Notes under the pieces: generated by a model
What the model was told of the DNA's origin: nothing
Databases searched by the model: none
Seen by the model: the letters and a program-made list of their open reading frames with translations, nothing else
Made by a program: the position numbers and the translations under genes
Part shown: in pieces, positions 11,725 to 24,705 of the stretch
Layout: each line of letters opens with the position of its first letter
Position numbering within the stretch: the stretch's first letter is position 1
Assembly: GCA_002633005.1 (NCBI GenBank)
Contig: NMRA01000010.1
Location: 489,252-553,251 of the forward strand
Direction: 5' to 3'
Source: Phoronis australis
Lineage: Eukaryota; Animalia; Phoronida
DNA: 64,000 nucleotides

Positions 11725-14700
11725 ATGAGCCTAAATAAGAGCAGGTATCCATTAAAAAGACTTCTGAATGCATGCCTCCTACACAAACACATGTGTTCTC
11801 GACACCTGCCAGTCACAGCGACAGCCCCGCCTTCTGTCTGCTGCCATCTAATCAGAAAAGCTTCCACTGATGATGGCAATAAAGGCCTGAGTTCAGTCAT
11901 CCGGCCCATACCTGTCAGACCCAATCAGGAGAGTGATCAAATCAGTGTAGGAGCAGAGTTGACTGGCCATCTTAAGAAAGGTAGGTTAGGTTTACTCTGT
12001 AGCTTGTTTTTATGTGGGAATTATTTTCCAAAATAATTTCTTTCATTTGTTCTCATCAGTGCCGTTGAGTTTCTCAGTTTAGGTTTACTAATAATTGAAT
12101 TAGTGTTCAAGCAAATGCTTGGTTTTCATTAATATTATAGACCTACTAGCCGTGTCCCATTGAAGTAATCCTAAAGTCACTATAAACCATGATGGATTAA
12201 AAACAATTTTTATTCACGAGTGTATTTTCCCTTCCTAGGCATTAAGTTTATGTAGGTCAAATTATCTGCAAAACTTGAAATTAATTGAGTAAAATTGTAT
12301 ATTTTGTGAGAGCAGAAAAACTGTTGAATTTGAGTTTTGATTTCACATCAATCTGCCGTTCCTAACTGGGACAATTGAGCATGCCTTTTAGTAAAAAAGA
12401 AAGGTAGGTTCACAGCTCAATAGTGTCAACAATATTTACCAAATGTCATTTGATAGAAATGCTCAAGTCAAAATCTCTTAAATGGTGTGGCAGTTTGATA
12501 CTGTCAATTTTTTTCATCAAAATCATTAACATTCCTACTTTTTGATAGCCCCTCATGCGTGGGACATTTTAAAAACATTTCCTTGGAGCTTTTTTATTAC
12601 AATTTATTAAACATATTTATATTTGAAGTTTCTAAAATATGATGTCCTGAATTTTAGCCATATTTTTACCGTTTTTCTGTGTTCCTCCGTACATTATCCT
12701 TAAACTGAAATTGGTAAACGGTTGTAATATTTGGCGACAGATTGGCAGAAAATAACTTGCCATTACAAGGAACATTGATCTAGTTGTGAAGCAGTAAGGA
12801 ACTGTCAGATGTTCTGGAGCCTAAAATCTAATCCAAGTATGGAGTGAGGTGAGACTGGGTTTACATCGGTGAATGATCCATGTCAACAGTTGCATGGCTT
12901 GTTGCATCTTTAACTGGACGTAGAGTTTTAACTGAACAAACATTCAATGCTACCTTCAAGTTATGTTTGATGTAGATGAAGATATTTAATTTGTTGCAGT
13001 CACCATACCTCAATATATCATTACATTGCTGGATATTCAAATGACTTGTCACGTTTCATCTTGGTCAGGTCTGACTGTCATGCCCAAAAGAATTCAATAT
13101 TTGATCTGCCTGGCAGCATTAAACAATTTCATGTTCTGCTTCTGCTATTGGAAATATGAGTCATCACCAAATAAGTCTTAATAATTTTCATTACAGAGGA
13201 TATCCTAAAGGTGCTAAATCAATTTTACCGCAGAGACCAAATAAAAAGATTGGCTGCTGAAAGTGGACTTGACAGTAAGTCTAGAGGAGGAATCAGTATA
13301 TTTTTGGAATTTTTCATTCATTGTTGCTGTGAATTTGAACAATTGGTGGAAACTTTTATTCTACAATGTTGTGAAATTCTTGAGATTTGAGTACGACTTT
13401 GTCAGTGTATTCTATTTGAGTTGGCTGTCTTCATTGTAGAGACCTACACATAAATAGAAGTTGTGAAAATTATTGGCTGTCACTTATTGAAGATGAAGAA
13501 GGCCGGCAGTTGTAGGCTACTTTGTGTAGACTGTAGATTTGCCTGTGTTGTGTAGACATAGTTTTGTTAAACATTAAAACATCCTCAGCTCTGAAAATTG
13601 TACCTTGAAGTTTTTGCACACTTGTTACAATTAAAATTGAAATGTTATGTTTGATTTGGTGATGAATAAACTTTGGCGATATAAAAGTTTGCTATTTTTA
13701 CTTAGTCATTTCTGCAGCGTGTATTCCAAGTCCTAGCAATATGCGTGGTTATACTTGACCTTTGTACATGACCTTTGTCTGTGACATTTGTATGTGACCT
13801 TTGCGCTTGACTTTCTAACTTAAGTATTATCATGACAAACCCTGATATCTTCCTACAGACCGGCTGTTCCATCAAGCGTACCTGAGTTTCCGTCGCTTCT
13901 GCATCGAGTCCGAGGTTCTACCAGTCGACCTTCATATCATCTTCAGCGACCTGTTTCAGGGTGCAGGTAGAGTGTCACCATCTGTCATATAGCGAGTGTG
14001 ATCTCTGATGGGAGAAATGTATCCTCGCAGATAAGACGTTTACAAAATTATAAAATATCAACCAGTTTGTGATCAAGCTATGGGGAAATGACAAAAATAG
14101 CAAAATTGTGCGTGCTAAGGAGTAGCAATGTGCTGTGTCTTTTACTCTCAATCAGCCTCTCTTTGTGGTCTTTATAGCTTCCCTAGTATTAAAAATGTCT
14201 CAGTTTGAAAGGTTTCTTTTAAACGTTTTTTTTTTTTAAGCGGCAATAAACTCACCCTCTGTCACAAAAATATCTTTTAATTTAGACCACTTACCATGAG
14301 AATTTGGCCTCAAACTTTTCCTTGGTCAAACCGGAAATGATTTCTGAACTTCAAAAGAACTGTTGCTTAAGATATGACTCTAAAAGTTTGCTGGACGTGA
14401 CGCGTTATTTTAGGCGCTGAACCTGGTCTTGCGGAATAACCAACTGTCAGCTCTTTGCAAAACAAGTCTTTATGCATAATCATTCGTAGCTTGTTACTGC
14501 GTGTCTCTGGATCTTTTACGGTCTCTTCTGAATTCTTGTAAATGGCTCCTGTGTAATTTATTGGTATACTGTATCTGAATGACTATGGAGTGGATTTTGG
14601 GAAGAGAAATATTTTGTTTTAATTTGCTTTGAGCCTCTTTATCTTTAAGACCTCAATTCTTAGGTTGGTGGTTTATATTTTTTCCCACAAATTGCACTTT

Positions 14701-17700
14701 TAGGAAGTGTAACAATAATTATGATAATAAATGAATAATAGTAAGATTGCCAAAATAATTATAGATACATTGCTCATTCAAATCAACTAGCGCACTCTGT
14801 TGCCAGGCCACATAGATGACATTCTTCCCTACTTTCTGCGCCATGCGCGCGAGATCTTCCCTCATCTCGACTGTATGGAGGACCTACGTAAGATTAGTGA
14901 CCTACGCCTGCCAGCCAACTGGTGAGTGCTAATGACCCCTGATTGTAGAACCTGTAACTAATATTTGTGTGACTGCAGTAGTAACTTTGGCAAGGAAGTC
15001 TTGATTTGTTAAGAAAGTCAAACAGTTTGCATTACACAGTACTTAGTGTACTTTACGCATTTCATCATTTGTCTTGTTCTCTATCGGGAGCAGAATATAC
15101 TTATTTTATAGCTTGTTTGTATGTCAACATGCTATCAGTGGCAGACCATGGGAGGCGCACCATGGGCAGCGCACCGCAGGGGGCTGGGGAGCTATAGCCC
15201 CAACTTATTTCAGTGCTGGGCTGCTCTTAGACGTGGGTGGCTCACCATATAGGGTGCTGGGGGCTATGGCCCCCACTTATTTCAGTGATGCGCCGCCCAT
15301 GCAGACAGTAGCTTTTTGTAACATTGGTAGTTGTCTTCTAATGTGGAAGTTTAAGGAACCTGGGTTCATGTTAAAGTCACTTTAAGCAGTATGTAGGTCA
15401 AATGAAAATCACATTTTGCCTTGTGTTTGTGTATTTCTGTCACCAGTAACCAAACGACATATGACTTTTAGTTTAACATGTAACATTCTGTCTGTGTCGT
15501 GAGATTGTTTCTGAATGTCGTGGAATGCCAAACCCTAATATTAAAGTTTCACTTCTTAGGTATCCAGAGGCCAGGGCCCTTCAGAGAAAGATAATCTTCC
15601 ACGCGGGTCCTACGAACAGTGGTAAGACCTACCACGCCCTTCAAAGGTTTATGAATTCCAAGTCTGGCGTCTATTGTGGCCCTCTCAAACTTCTAGCCAG
15701 TGAGGTGTTTCAGAAAAGTAATGCAGAGGTAAGGATCTTATCATATTGTTATGCGAAATTTTCTTGAATCGAGTTTTTGAGATCAGTTTTACCTAGAGGC
15801 AAGCTAAGTGTTTCCCAAGTATACTCGGCAGCTTACTACTGGCAAAATAGTGGCCATTGAATTGATTGGTCGGCGAGGTTGGGATTGAATTCATTTTTTT
15901 TTCGTTAGCGAAGATTTTTCAACACAAATATCTTGCAGTGCACAAACTCAGCGCACATCAGGGACATGCTCAGTTAATGCTTGACATTTGCATCTATAAA
16001 TCTTGGCTAATGCAGTGAATGTGGTAAACGCTCTGAGCATTAAGAACTATTTTCCCCCATAATTCGGTGTGACAGACCAATCAGTCTCAGTAGTAGCTCT
16101 GTTAGCTTGAACAAAACTGACGAGTAGGGTAAATCAGGCTTCTCTAAAGTCTTGAATTGTGTTGGTAGGCCAGTCATCTTCTTCAACATTTAATTCCAAG
16201 CTTGAAAAAGCTTGTCTGTTGGTAACCATTGTTCAAGCTTGAGTAAGATTGGTGGTCAGTTATGTGATTCAAACTTGCTATCTTTGGTGAATTCCTTAAA
16301 TAAGCAAAATATGTTTTCTTGCTGGCTAGTGATCAAACTAAACATATCCGATGGTCTGTTCATACGTGAAAATATAGCTTGTTTGGTACGCGAAGTAGTG
16401 TGCTATATTGCTAGCAAGACTGAGCAAGCTTAGTATGGAAGTTGTAATATGGAAGACCCAAAAACCTTGGTTAATATTGTCCAAGCTTGCGTAATATTGT
16501 CCATGCTTGAATAATATTGTCCAAACTTGAATAATATTGTGTACTTTTATCTTGATTTATCTTGCCAGTAAGGATTAATTCAAACTCGATGAATATGTTG
16601 TCTTAGAGATGTGTTCAATGGGGCAAGTGTTTTGTGAATTTGGTAATATGGCACAACTTACATTGCACTACTTAAATGTTAGATGGGAATAGTTTTCCAC
16701 TAGATAGCTGCCTGTCTTTCAAACTAAACACTAGTTAAAGTGACTAGTAGGTGGTCACTATTATGGGGCACAAACAAAGCTGGCTGGGAATGATTCAGCC
16801 CATGAATGTCTCGTCCACCGTAGTGTTGCTTGTTTCATTAATTACAACCCGAGGGAACTAATTTACTTGAAAATGTATCTTGGATAACCTGAAAATTGTA
16901 ATTTAAACAAAAATGGCACTAAAAATGGGTACCTTCCCCTTGCAATGTCCAGCTAGGATTGTAAATATTACATTAACAGCTACACTACTCCATTATTTCT
17001 ACTCCATGTGCCAAGATATCTTACCATGAGTGTCTAGTGGGTGACTAGGATTACCAAACATGCCTCAGCTAACAATGTACAGGTCCTAGTGTAAGGATGA
17101 CATAGTCAACACTTCCTTTTTATGAACAGAATTAAGTTTTACTTGTCCACCATATTGTGTCTCAAACTGAAGAATTTTAACTGTCACGAAAAGAAATATT
17201 AATGTTCTAGTAATGGAAATGGGTGACTATCCATACCTATATTATTAAATGATTTTCAGTTCATAGTAAATGCCAGGCAGCAGTTTGCACCACTACTAGT
17301 TGTTTAATCATGTCACATTCCAGGGAACACCATGTGATCTCGTCACTGGTGAAGAAAGGAGATATGCAAATATGGATGGTGAACCATCCAATCACGTCGC
17401 CTGTACTGTAGAGATGACCAGTGTGACTACCCCATGTAAGAGTGTTTTTGATTGATCCTTTCATGTCTTGTGTTTTCTAATAAAAATTCAACTGATGTAC
17501 TTAGAAATATACGGTCCCCTAGTTTCAAGTAAAGAGATATAGTATTTAATGGATTTTAATTTATTTGCCAAAAACCTTGAAGTATGTGTTCATGTTTGAG
17601 GGACATTATTGACAAATCAGCGATTGCATGGTTGCAGTCTTAAACCCTGCTGGTGGAGCTAAAGCTCATTCAATAAATGGCAGTATGTTTTAAGCGTATT

Positions 17701-20700
17701 TTAATAGGTATAGTTGCCCTTTTTGATTTCAGCGAATGTCTGGCAGACAACAGCAAGAATTGGTGATTTGTAACAAAATCACATAGACACAATGGATTTT
17801 GCTTTGGTCAAAGTCAATAACTTCAAGAAGTCTGTTGCATCCAACGACAATCCCCAAAATGCATTTTCAACCACAAAAACTGATTGATTAAGTATACTCC
17901 GTTTGATAGACAGATTGAGTGACCAGCATCTATATCAGTAGCAGTGAACTGTGCTCTCAATGGCCACTTTTGGAACATCAAAGATTCCTCTCTCATTTTG
18001 AAGTTTTTACCCCCAATGCTGCACTTTCCCAACAGCTAACCACTATTTACTTAGTTCATATTCATCATTCTGATACCAGAAACGTTTTACTGTTGATCAT
18101 GGGTACACGGATGCTATTCGCTTTTCATCTCAACTTCTCAAGATTGTAATGGATATTCATCTCAATTTCATGGCGATAGTTTGTTGTAATGTTTGCAACC
18201 ATCATTGCAGATGAGGTGGCTGTGATTGATGAGATACAGATGATGAAGGATCTACAACGAGGGTGGGCCTGGACCAGGGCACTGTTGGGTAAGTTGATAG
18301 GATAAAGGTGGGGGTAACAACACGAACAACTGGTCGAATTCATAGTGGGGGGGAACAACAGGGTGAGTCCATTGTAGACAGGTGGCAGAAAACACCGGGT
18401 GAGTCCACGGGAAAGAGGTGGAAGGAACTGCTTGGTGATTCCTTAGGAAAACACAAAATTCAATCTCTGTATCCTATCTCCAACTTAAATACTTTCTGTG
18501 CTATTTGAGTACAAGATTAAGACAACTGTCTCCTTAGTCAAATGAATGCTCATATTTGGTGCCGTTTCATAGTTTTGAGATAATGATTGTTACCTATCGA
18601 CAGCCTGGTTATACTTGAGAGTTTTGCTTTTGGGCTCGTCTGGGGCTCGTGGTTGTGGGCATTGGTGGGGATCTCCGTGTCATGTGGTTACCTGTGGGCG
18701 GAGCCTTCCTGTCGTCAAACACGTGGTGGGTGTTACTAGGGAGGAAGTGTGACAGCCACCAGGTGTCGTTTGATGGCTGCAGGCACAGCCCACAGGTGAC
18801 CACGAGACACGGAGATCCCCACCAGTGTCCCGAGGAAGAACCCAGCATAGGCTTCAAAGCTAGGCTCTCAAGTGTAACTAAGCCACCGATAGGTATTGAT
18901 CATTATTTCAATACGACTGTCTTTGATTTTGTGCTTGAGTACATGCATAATCCAACTTAGTCCTTGCCGCTTGTCGTTAAAGCAACAAACTTGAATTTGA
19001 TTTTGAAATCTTGAGTTTTAATTTGATGCTGTAACTTGAATCTAGGTTTCATCAAGTGCAAACTTATATTACATACTTGTCAGTGTAAAGCAAATTGTAT
19101 TTAATCTCAAAATTTACTCAATCTCAAAATCGAAAGCATTTGTTGTGAGTTAATACGAAAATGGAAGAGAAAATATACCAACTCCGTTGCAGTTGGAATT
19201 GGAAGATTGGATTTCAGCCCCACTTAACTTGCATTTCCCGGGCTCAGTCCTAAGTATATGTAAGGTGACCTCACAATGACAGGTGGTTACAGGTAGAGTA
19301 ATTATCACTACAGGTGTGTGCGCTGAAGAGGTTCATGTGTGCGGTGAAGGTGCAGCCATCGACCAGGTGAAAGAGATGATGCTGGACACAGGTGACGAGG
19401 TGGAGGTTCGTAGGTACAAGCGATTAACCAAGCTCAAGTACCAGAAGGAGGCTGTGGGTGGGTACTTAGAATCCTGTTGGTAGTCTCTGTCTAGTCGCTC
19501 TGGTAGCGTAACAAGCTGCTGCTGTTGAGTTGACATGAACTGTGATGATATTATCAGATGTATTATCAGCATAAAAATACGAGTGTAACAAGATATTAAC
19601 GTCATAATCAATGTAGCCAAGTTCTTAGTCCATGTTGAGAAATGCAGATGTACAGTATTAGATGTTGAATTGTAGTTTTTGTGTTTTTTGTTCTTTTATG
19701 TTTTTTTTGTCACTCTCGCCTTTGCATTTTGTTTGTATAGTGTTTATTTCTGTAAAAAGGGGACAGTGGTCTTTCTGTGATTTTCTTCTGAGAATGCAAT
19801 ACAATGTCGCCGTTCACAGATGTCCATCAATGCCCTAAAGGACGCATTACATAGAATATCAATCCATAACTTTGGTTGTTGCATAATATCGTAACCTACT
19901 TTCCACTGAACACTATGTGTAGCACAGTGTTATATTTCCCTGAACAGCTTTTTATCATTTGTCAACTGTTGCTGTTGGTATGTTTTCTAGAAACATTTGA
20001 CAACATTCAGCGAGGTGATTGCATTGTGTGCTTCAGTAAGAATGACATTTACTACATTTCTCGCGAGTTGGAGAAACGAGGCGTGCAGTGTGCGGTGTTG
20101 TACGGAGGGCTGCCCCCTGGTGAGTGATTGCTGGGTACTTGTTGACTGCATGTTGATCAAGACATGCGCCAGCTTTTTATAATTACCATTAAGGATAATT
20201 AAGCTTAAGCCCTACAAATTACATGTATTTCTTGAACGAAATAGCATGTCAAGGAGTCATATTTTTTATGTAAGGTATGCTGGCAACTTGGTACCTGCTA
20301 ATTAGTGGTATAGCTGTCATATTACTAATTAGTACTAGTTTTAGGATAAATGTATGAAATAAAAAGTATTTCGTTTAGTGTTGTTTTGGTTTCTGTCCAG
20401 TAGTAACCACTGTCCACAGTTTCCATGGTTCATGTGACTGTGTACATCTAGATACAAACAACTTTTTGGCTCTTTATTCCAGATCTGTCATGTGCCTGTG
20501 ACCTGCTAGCTGTTACAGTCATTGCTTTGTCTTGTGATTTTTAATAATTGGCATTTAATAATAATAATAATAATAATTATTATTTCAGGAACTAAACTAG
20601 CTCAAGCGCAAAAGTTCAACGATCCCAATGACCCTTGTAAAGTGATGGTGGCCACTGATGCTATTGGCATGGGACTGAACCTGTGAGTACAGCTCAGAGT

Positions 20701-23700
20701 GGCTTGAAATATTGGGACTGAACATGTGGGTACAGCACAGGGTGTCTTGAAATAATGCAACTGAGCCTGTTAGTGCAGCACAGGGTGGTGAAAAAGCCGT
20801 CGGCAAAAAGGGTCAGTCATCGTGTAATGAAACAAATACAAAGTGATCCACATAGGGTAATGTGTTGCCTTCGGCTTATAACCACTGTTAATAGATTGCT
20901 CTTTCTCAGTCCATATGGTCTGATGTCACCCTCGGGATTGGTCCATATTTGTGTAGTATTGCTGTGTTATGTGCAAATGTACTGGAACAGAAAATTGATG
21001 TGTTCGACCAACATTAAGTCTATATTTGCTAAGCATGGTTCAAACAAAGAAAATAAAGCTTGTTCTCAACTATCACTGTTTTCATATGTTTCATGTCAGT
21101 GTGTGTTCATAACACATCCACCATGTTTCTTTTAGGAGTATCAACAGAATCATATTTTACTCACTGGTGAAGCCCACGATAAATGAGAAAGGCGAGAAGG
21201 AAATTGACGTCATCTCAACGTCTCACGCACTGCAAATTGCCGGCAGGGCTGGGCGCTTTGGTACTGAATTTGAGACAGGACATGTGACCACGTTTAAACG
21301 GGAGGATCTTGTACTGTTGGAAGAAATCATCAACGTACCAATAGATGTCATTGAGGTTTGTTGAGAAAGTCACGTAATTCACCTAATTATATTACTGTGT
21401 ACAATTAGAGTTTTAAAAAGATTGTACAATCAAATTTTTGCTATTCTGCAGCAAAATAAATTTTAATTTACTACTCCTGATTTCCATTTTAATAATATTC
21501 TCATTAATTTTCTGCAAGATAACGTTGATTGTGTTATTCTGAATACAAGGAATTTAAATGAGGTCTGTGCTGTCCACTGTTTACTGGGGTTTTGACATTT
21601 GTTGATTTCATTGTGTCGTATACTTTGCAGCAAGCAGGCTTGCACCCGACTGCAGAACAGATTGAACTGTTTGCCTATCACTTACCAAAAGCTACTCTAT
21701 CTAATCTAATTGTGAGTATACTGTGTTACTTTACCGACATCAGGACAGTAGTATCATCACCTCTCCGTAATTGTCTAAACTTACTGCAAAAATGCAAGCT
21801 CTTTGTTTTCACAATAAAGTCTAACCATGTATTTCAACCCTCTTTCCTTCGCTCCCTTCCCTCTCTCTTCTCTCTCCTTGTTTTTAAATTTACTCAAAAA
21901 GTTTGTTATATTGTATGTTTACAAAGTGGGTCACTAGTAACTTGAATCGCGCAAAAATAGAAACCTCTTTCTATTGCTGCCTTTCATCAAATCTCTTTTT
22001 CTTTCAAATTGTTTCTAACAGTTATGATTCTATTACAGTCACTACGTTCACCCCCTCACGTGCTTGAGGTTACCATAGTTCTTATTCATGTTAAATATTT
22101 ATTTTGACTAGTGTGCATTAATACATAGCTTGTAAAAATTAGCTGTTGACCACTGTCAAACATTTCAGGACATCTTCGTGACAGTCAGTCAACTTGACAG
22201 CGACAAGTACTTTATGTGTCAAGTGGAAGACTTCAAATTCTTGGCGGACATGATAGAACATGTGCCCTTGTCTCTGCGTGTTCGTTACGTCTTCTGCTGT
22301 TCGCCCATACCAAAACAACAGCCGTTTGTCTGTACTATGTTCTTGAAGGTGTGTAGGTTTCTGTTAATTATGTGAATAAACAATATGAATTTTCAAACTT
22401 TTCTGTTTTTATTGCCCATGCTTAGTTATCGACCTACCTCCAGTCTAAGCATTTGTGACTTTCAAGTCCATATGAACACTCCTGTAGGAAGAATTTCAGT
22501 TGGCTAACCTGTATAAACAGTCCCTTATGTGTATTCAAGTGTTATTTTGATTGTCTTTTAATTAGAATTTGGCAGGCACTAGTTCAACAGCCTTAACATT
22601 AACTCAATTTGGTCAATCGGTTAAAAACGCCAAGCCATAATTCTTAACAATTTTGTCATCTTATATTTTATGTATTTAGTACTATAATAGGTACTTATTT
22701 TAGTGGAAAAGTAATACTTTCATTTTAGGTGGCACCTTGTTTCTGTCAAATATTTCCTATGCCTATGGCTGTGCAATAAGTGTCTTTAATTTGCTTCTCT
22801 CACAGTTTGCTCGTCAGTTCAGCCGAGGTGAGCCCCTTACGTTTGAGTGGCTCTGTCGCCAAATTGGCTGGCCACTGTCACCCCCAGCAACTGTGTCAGA
22901 CCTGGTTCACCTAGAGTCTGTATTTGACGTTATGGACCTCTACCTCTGGCTGAGGTAAGTGGTACTACTCTGCGGCTGGTGCTAGTTTAGTTGGCATTGT
23001 TTTTCATGTGCCCACATATTCAAATGTTGGTACATATTTCCATCATAACTGTCCGGGTGTCTGACATCTGCTACTGTTTTTTTTAAACCTGTTGCATGGC
23101 TATGAATGATTGCAATTTTCGGCTCCGATTAGAACTGTGTCCCCTATTTGCATATTTGGTCTTTTGTGTTTGCCTCAGTAGATTTTCATGAAATTTGACA
23201 AATAGGTTCCTGTTTAGAAGACAAAAATGTTGTCCTATTTTTGGATGGATTTAATAGCATATTTTGTGTCATCTAGTGGCCATTTTTACATTTTTTTCTG
23301 TTTGGCATCCACCTCTATTTGTCAAACTGCTCAAAGGATCACTATGAAATTTGTATGGTGGACGTGTACTGAGAAAAAAAATGGTTGACGTTTTGTAATG
23401 AAAAGAGTAGCTAATTTTGATTTTCGGACTGTTTTGACTATAGTAATCTGTCACCTAATGGCAGTTTGATTTTTTCATTGTCTCTGCCTCAATCTCTACC
23501 AATGTCCTTGATCAATCTTCATGAAACTTGGCTTATAAGTTTCTATGAAAGAAATGGTGGCACGTGTCCAGTTTCAGATGGATCCGGTCTGGTTCCCCCC
23601 AGTGGTCATTTTTATTGTTTTTGTGACTTTTTTCGGCATCTGCCTGCTTATCTGCAAACCAGTTTTGGCTCATGTGTTCCTATAAGGGTGATGATGGCTG

Positions 23701-24705
23701 ACATTTGTTTTCAGACTGTTCTATTGTAGCACCCCCTAGTGGCAATTTTAGTTTTCTTTGCCTCTCTGCCTTAATATCTACCAAGTTCTTTGATGTTTTT
23801 TGAAATTTGGCATTTGTGCTCCTAGTGAAGTAACAAATACTGAGGCCAAGTTTTGGACTGATCTAACTACTGCAGTGCACCCTAGTGACAAATTGCCATT
23901 GCACCCACCAAATTCTTTGATGGATCTTTATGAAATTAGTCCTTTATATTCCAAGTTATTAAAATGTAATTTTTTAGTAGGTTTTAATATCGACATTTGC
24001 CTTTCTTTATACTTTTTTAACCATCAGTAATGCAACGACATTTTAACACCTTTTTTCTTAGTGGTTGCTGAAATCATAGTTTATGCATTCATATCATAAT
24101 GAGTTAAAACAGAAATGTCAATTGAAAGGTTGACATGTACTTCCAACCGAATACTTGCAGTAGTCTTTTGTGACCCCTATGCACACATTTTTGTGATTAC
24201 CCACTCCATTTGTGGTATTTCCAGCTACCGTTTTCAAGATATGTTTCCTGACAACCAGCTCGTGCGAGATATACAACGAGAACTGGACGAAGTTATCCAG
24301 GCTGGTGTTCGATCAATCACAAGGTTGTTGAAAACGTCGGAGACTCCAGTCTCTAGTGGAAGTAAAGATGAGGACGATGATTTTGAGATTAAGAATAAGA
24401 GTTTGCGCATGCAAAATAGTCCAGAATTAGTGAATGGATTAGATTCAAATAACACTAAACCGAAAACTCTTCGCGATCGATTTTTGAGAGTCCAGCAAGC
24501 TCAAACGGGTCGTAAAGTTGAAAATGCCAGAGTTGTCAAGGAGTTTAGACCATCAGCAAAGATTAGCCGCGAGATGTCAGAGAAAATAAGTACTGGACAG
24601 GGTAGGCTGACAGATCACCTCATAAAACAAGGAGTGTTGTCCGAAGAAATTGTTGAACAGTTGAAGAAGGAGTGGGCTGACAAGTTTCGAGATGAAGATG
24701 GTTGA
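11725..24705 (+). CDS. SUPV3L1: ATP-dependent RNA helicase SUV3, mitochondrial (about 797 aa, 15 coding exons)
   Basis: Coding exons: 11725-11980, 13197-13274, 13859-13966, 14807-14921, 15560-15728, 17324-17435, 18211-18288, 19314-19457, 19991-20119, 20589-20682, 21136-21355, 21631-21711, 22169-22348, 22806-22954, 24225-24705 (2394 nt, phases consistent). Motifs: Walker [58 protein letters not shown]. The N-terminus is basic and acid-poor, like a mitochondrial presequence. An acceptor at 11687-11688 implies an upstream non-coding exon. Confidence 0.97.
13756..13815. repeat. 13-bp tandem repeat (TGACCTTTGxxxx), about 4.5 copies
   Basis: tgacctttgtaca tgacctttgtctg tgacatttgtatg tgacctttgcgct tgacttt, just upstream of the SUV3 acceptor at 13858. 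Confidence 0.8.
15147..15301. mobile_element. Short MITE with CATGGGCGGCGCA-type TIRs
   Basis: Left CATGGG(A/C)(G/A)GCGCACC, present twice; right GATGCGCCGCCCATG. Internal duplicated gctggggg..ctat(a/g)gcccc(a/c)acttatttcagtg. Flanked on both sides by cagac. Confidence 0.75.
16471..16540. repeat. 20-bp tandem repeat (taatattgtccaagcttgaa), about 3.5 copies
   Basis: Direct reading; more degenerate aagcttg units occur upstream from about 16195. Confidence 0.8.
18280..18445 (+). repeat. Degenerate ~36-bp tandem repeat starting at a SUV3 splice donor
   Basis: The real donor GT is at 18289. Copies GG|GTGAGT at 18363 and 18399 and G|GTGATT at 18435 are spaced 36 bp apart; the 18363 and 18399 copies are followed by aggtgg, like the real donor. 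Confidence 0.65.
18570..18916. mobile_element. MITE/foldback element with ~60-bp imperfect TIRs
   Basis: Left ttgagataatgattgttacctatcgacagcctggttatacttgagag; the reverse complement of the right end is ttgaaataatgatcaatacctatcggtggcttagttacacttgagag. Confidence 0.75.
20670..20797 (+). repeat. 43-bp tandem repeat (3 copies) spanning a SUV3 exon end and donor
   Basis: tgggactgaacct|gtgagtacagctcagagtggcttgaaatat / tgggactgaacat|gtgggtacagcacagggtgtcttgaaataa / tgcaactgagcct|gttagtgcagcacagggtggtgaaaaag. Confidence 0.9.
23100..23960. mobile_element. Degenerate interspersed repeat with tandem subunits (Helentron/HINE-like)
   Basis: Recurring (ttc)atgaaa(t/c)ttgg, gttcct(a/g), tttt(gg/c)a(tg/g)a and cc(c)tagtgg subunits at irregular ~115-195-bp spacing in the last SUV3 intron. 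The family assignment is inference. Confidence 0.45.
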
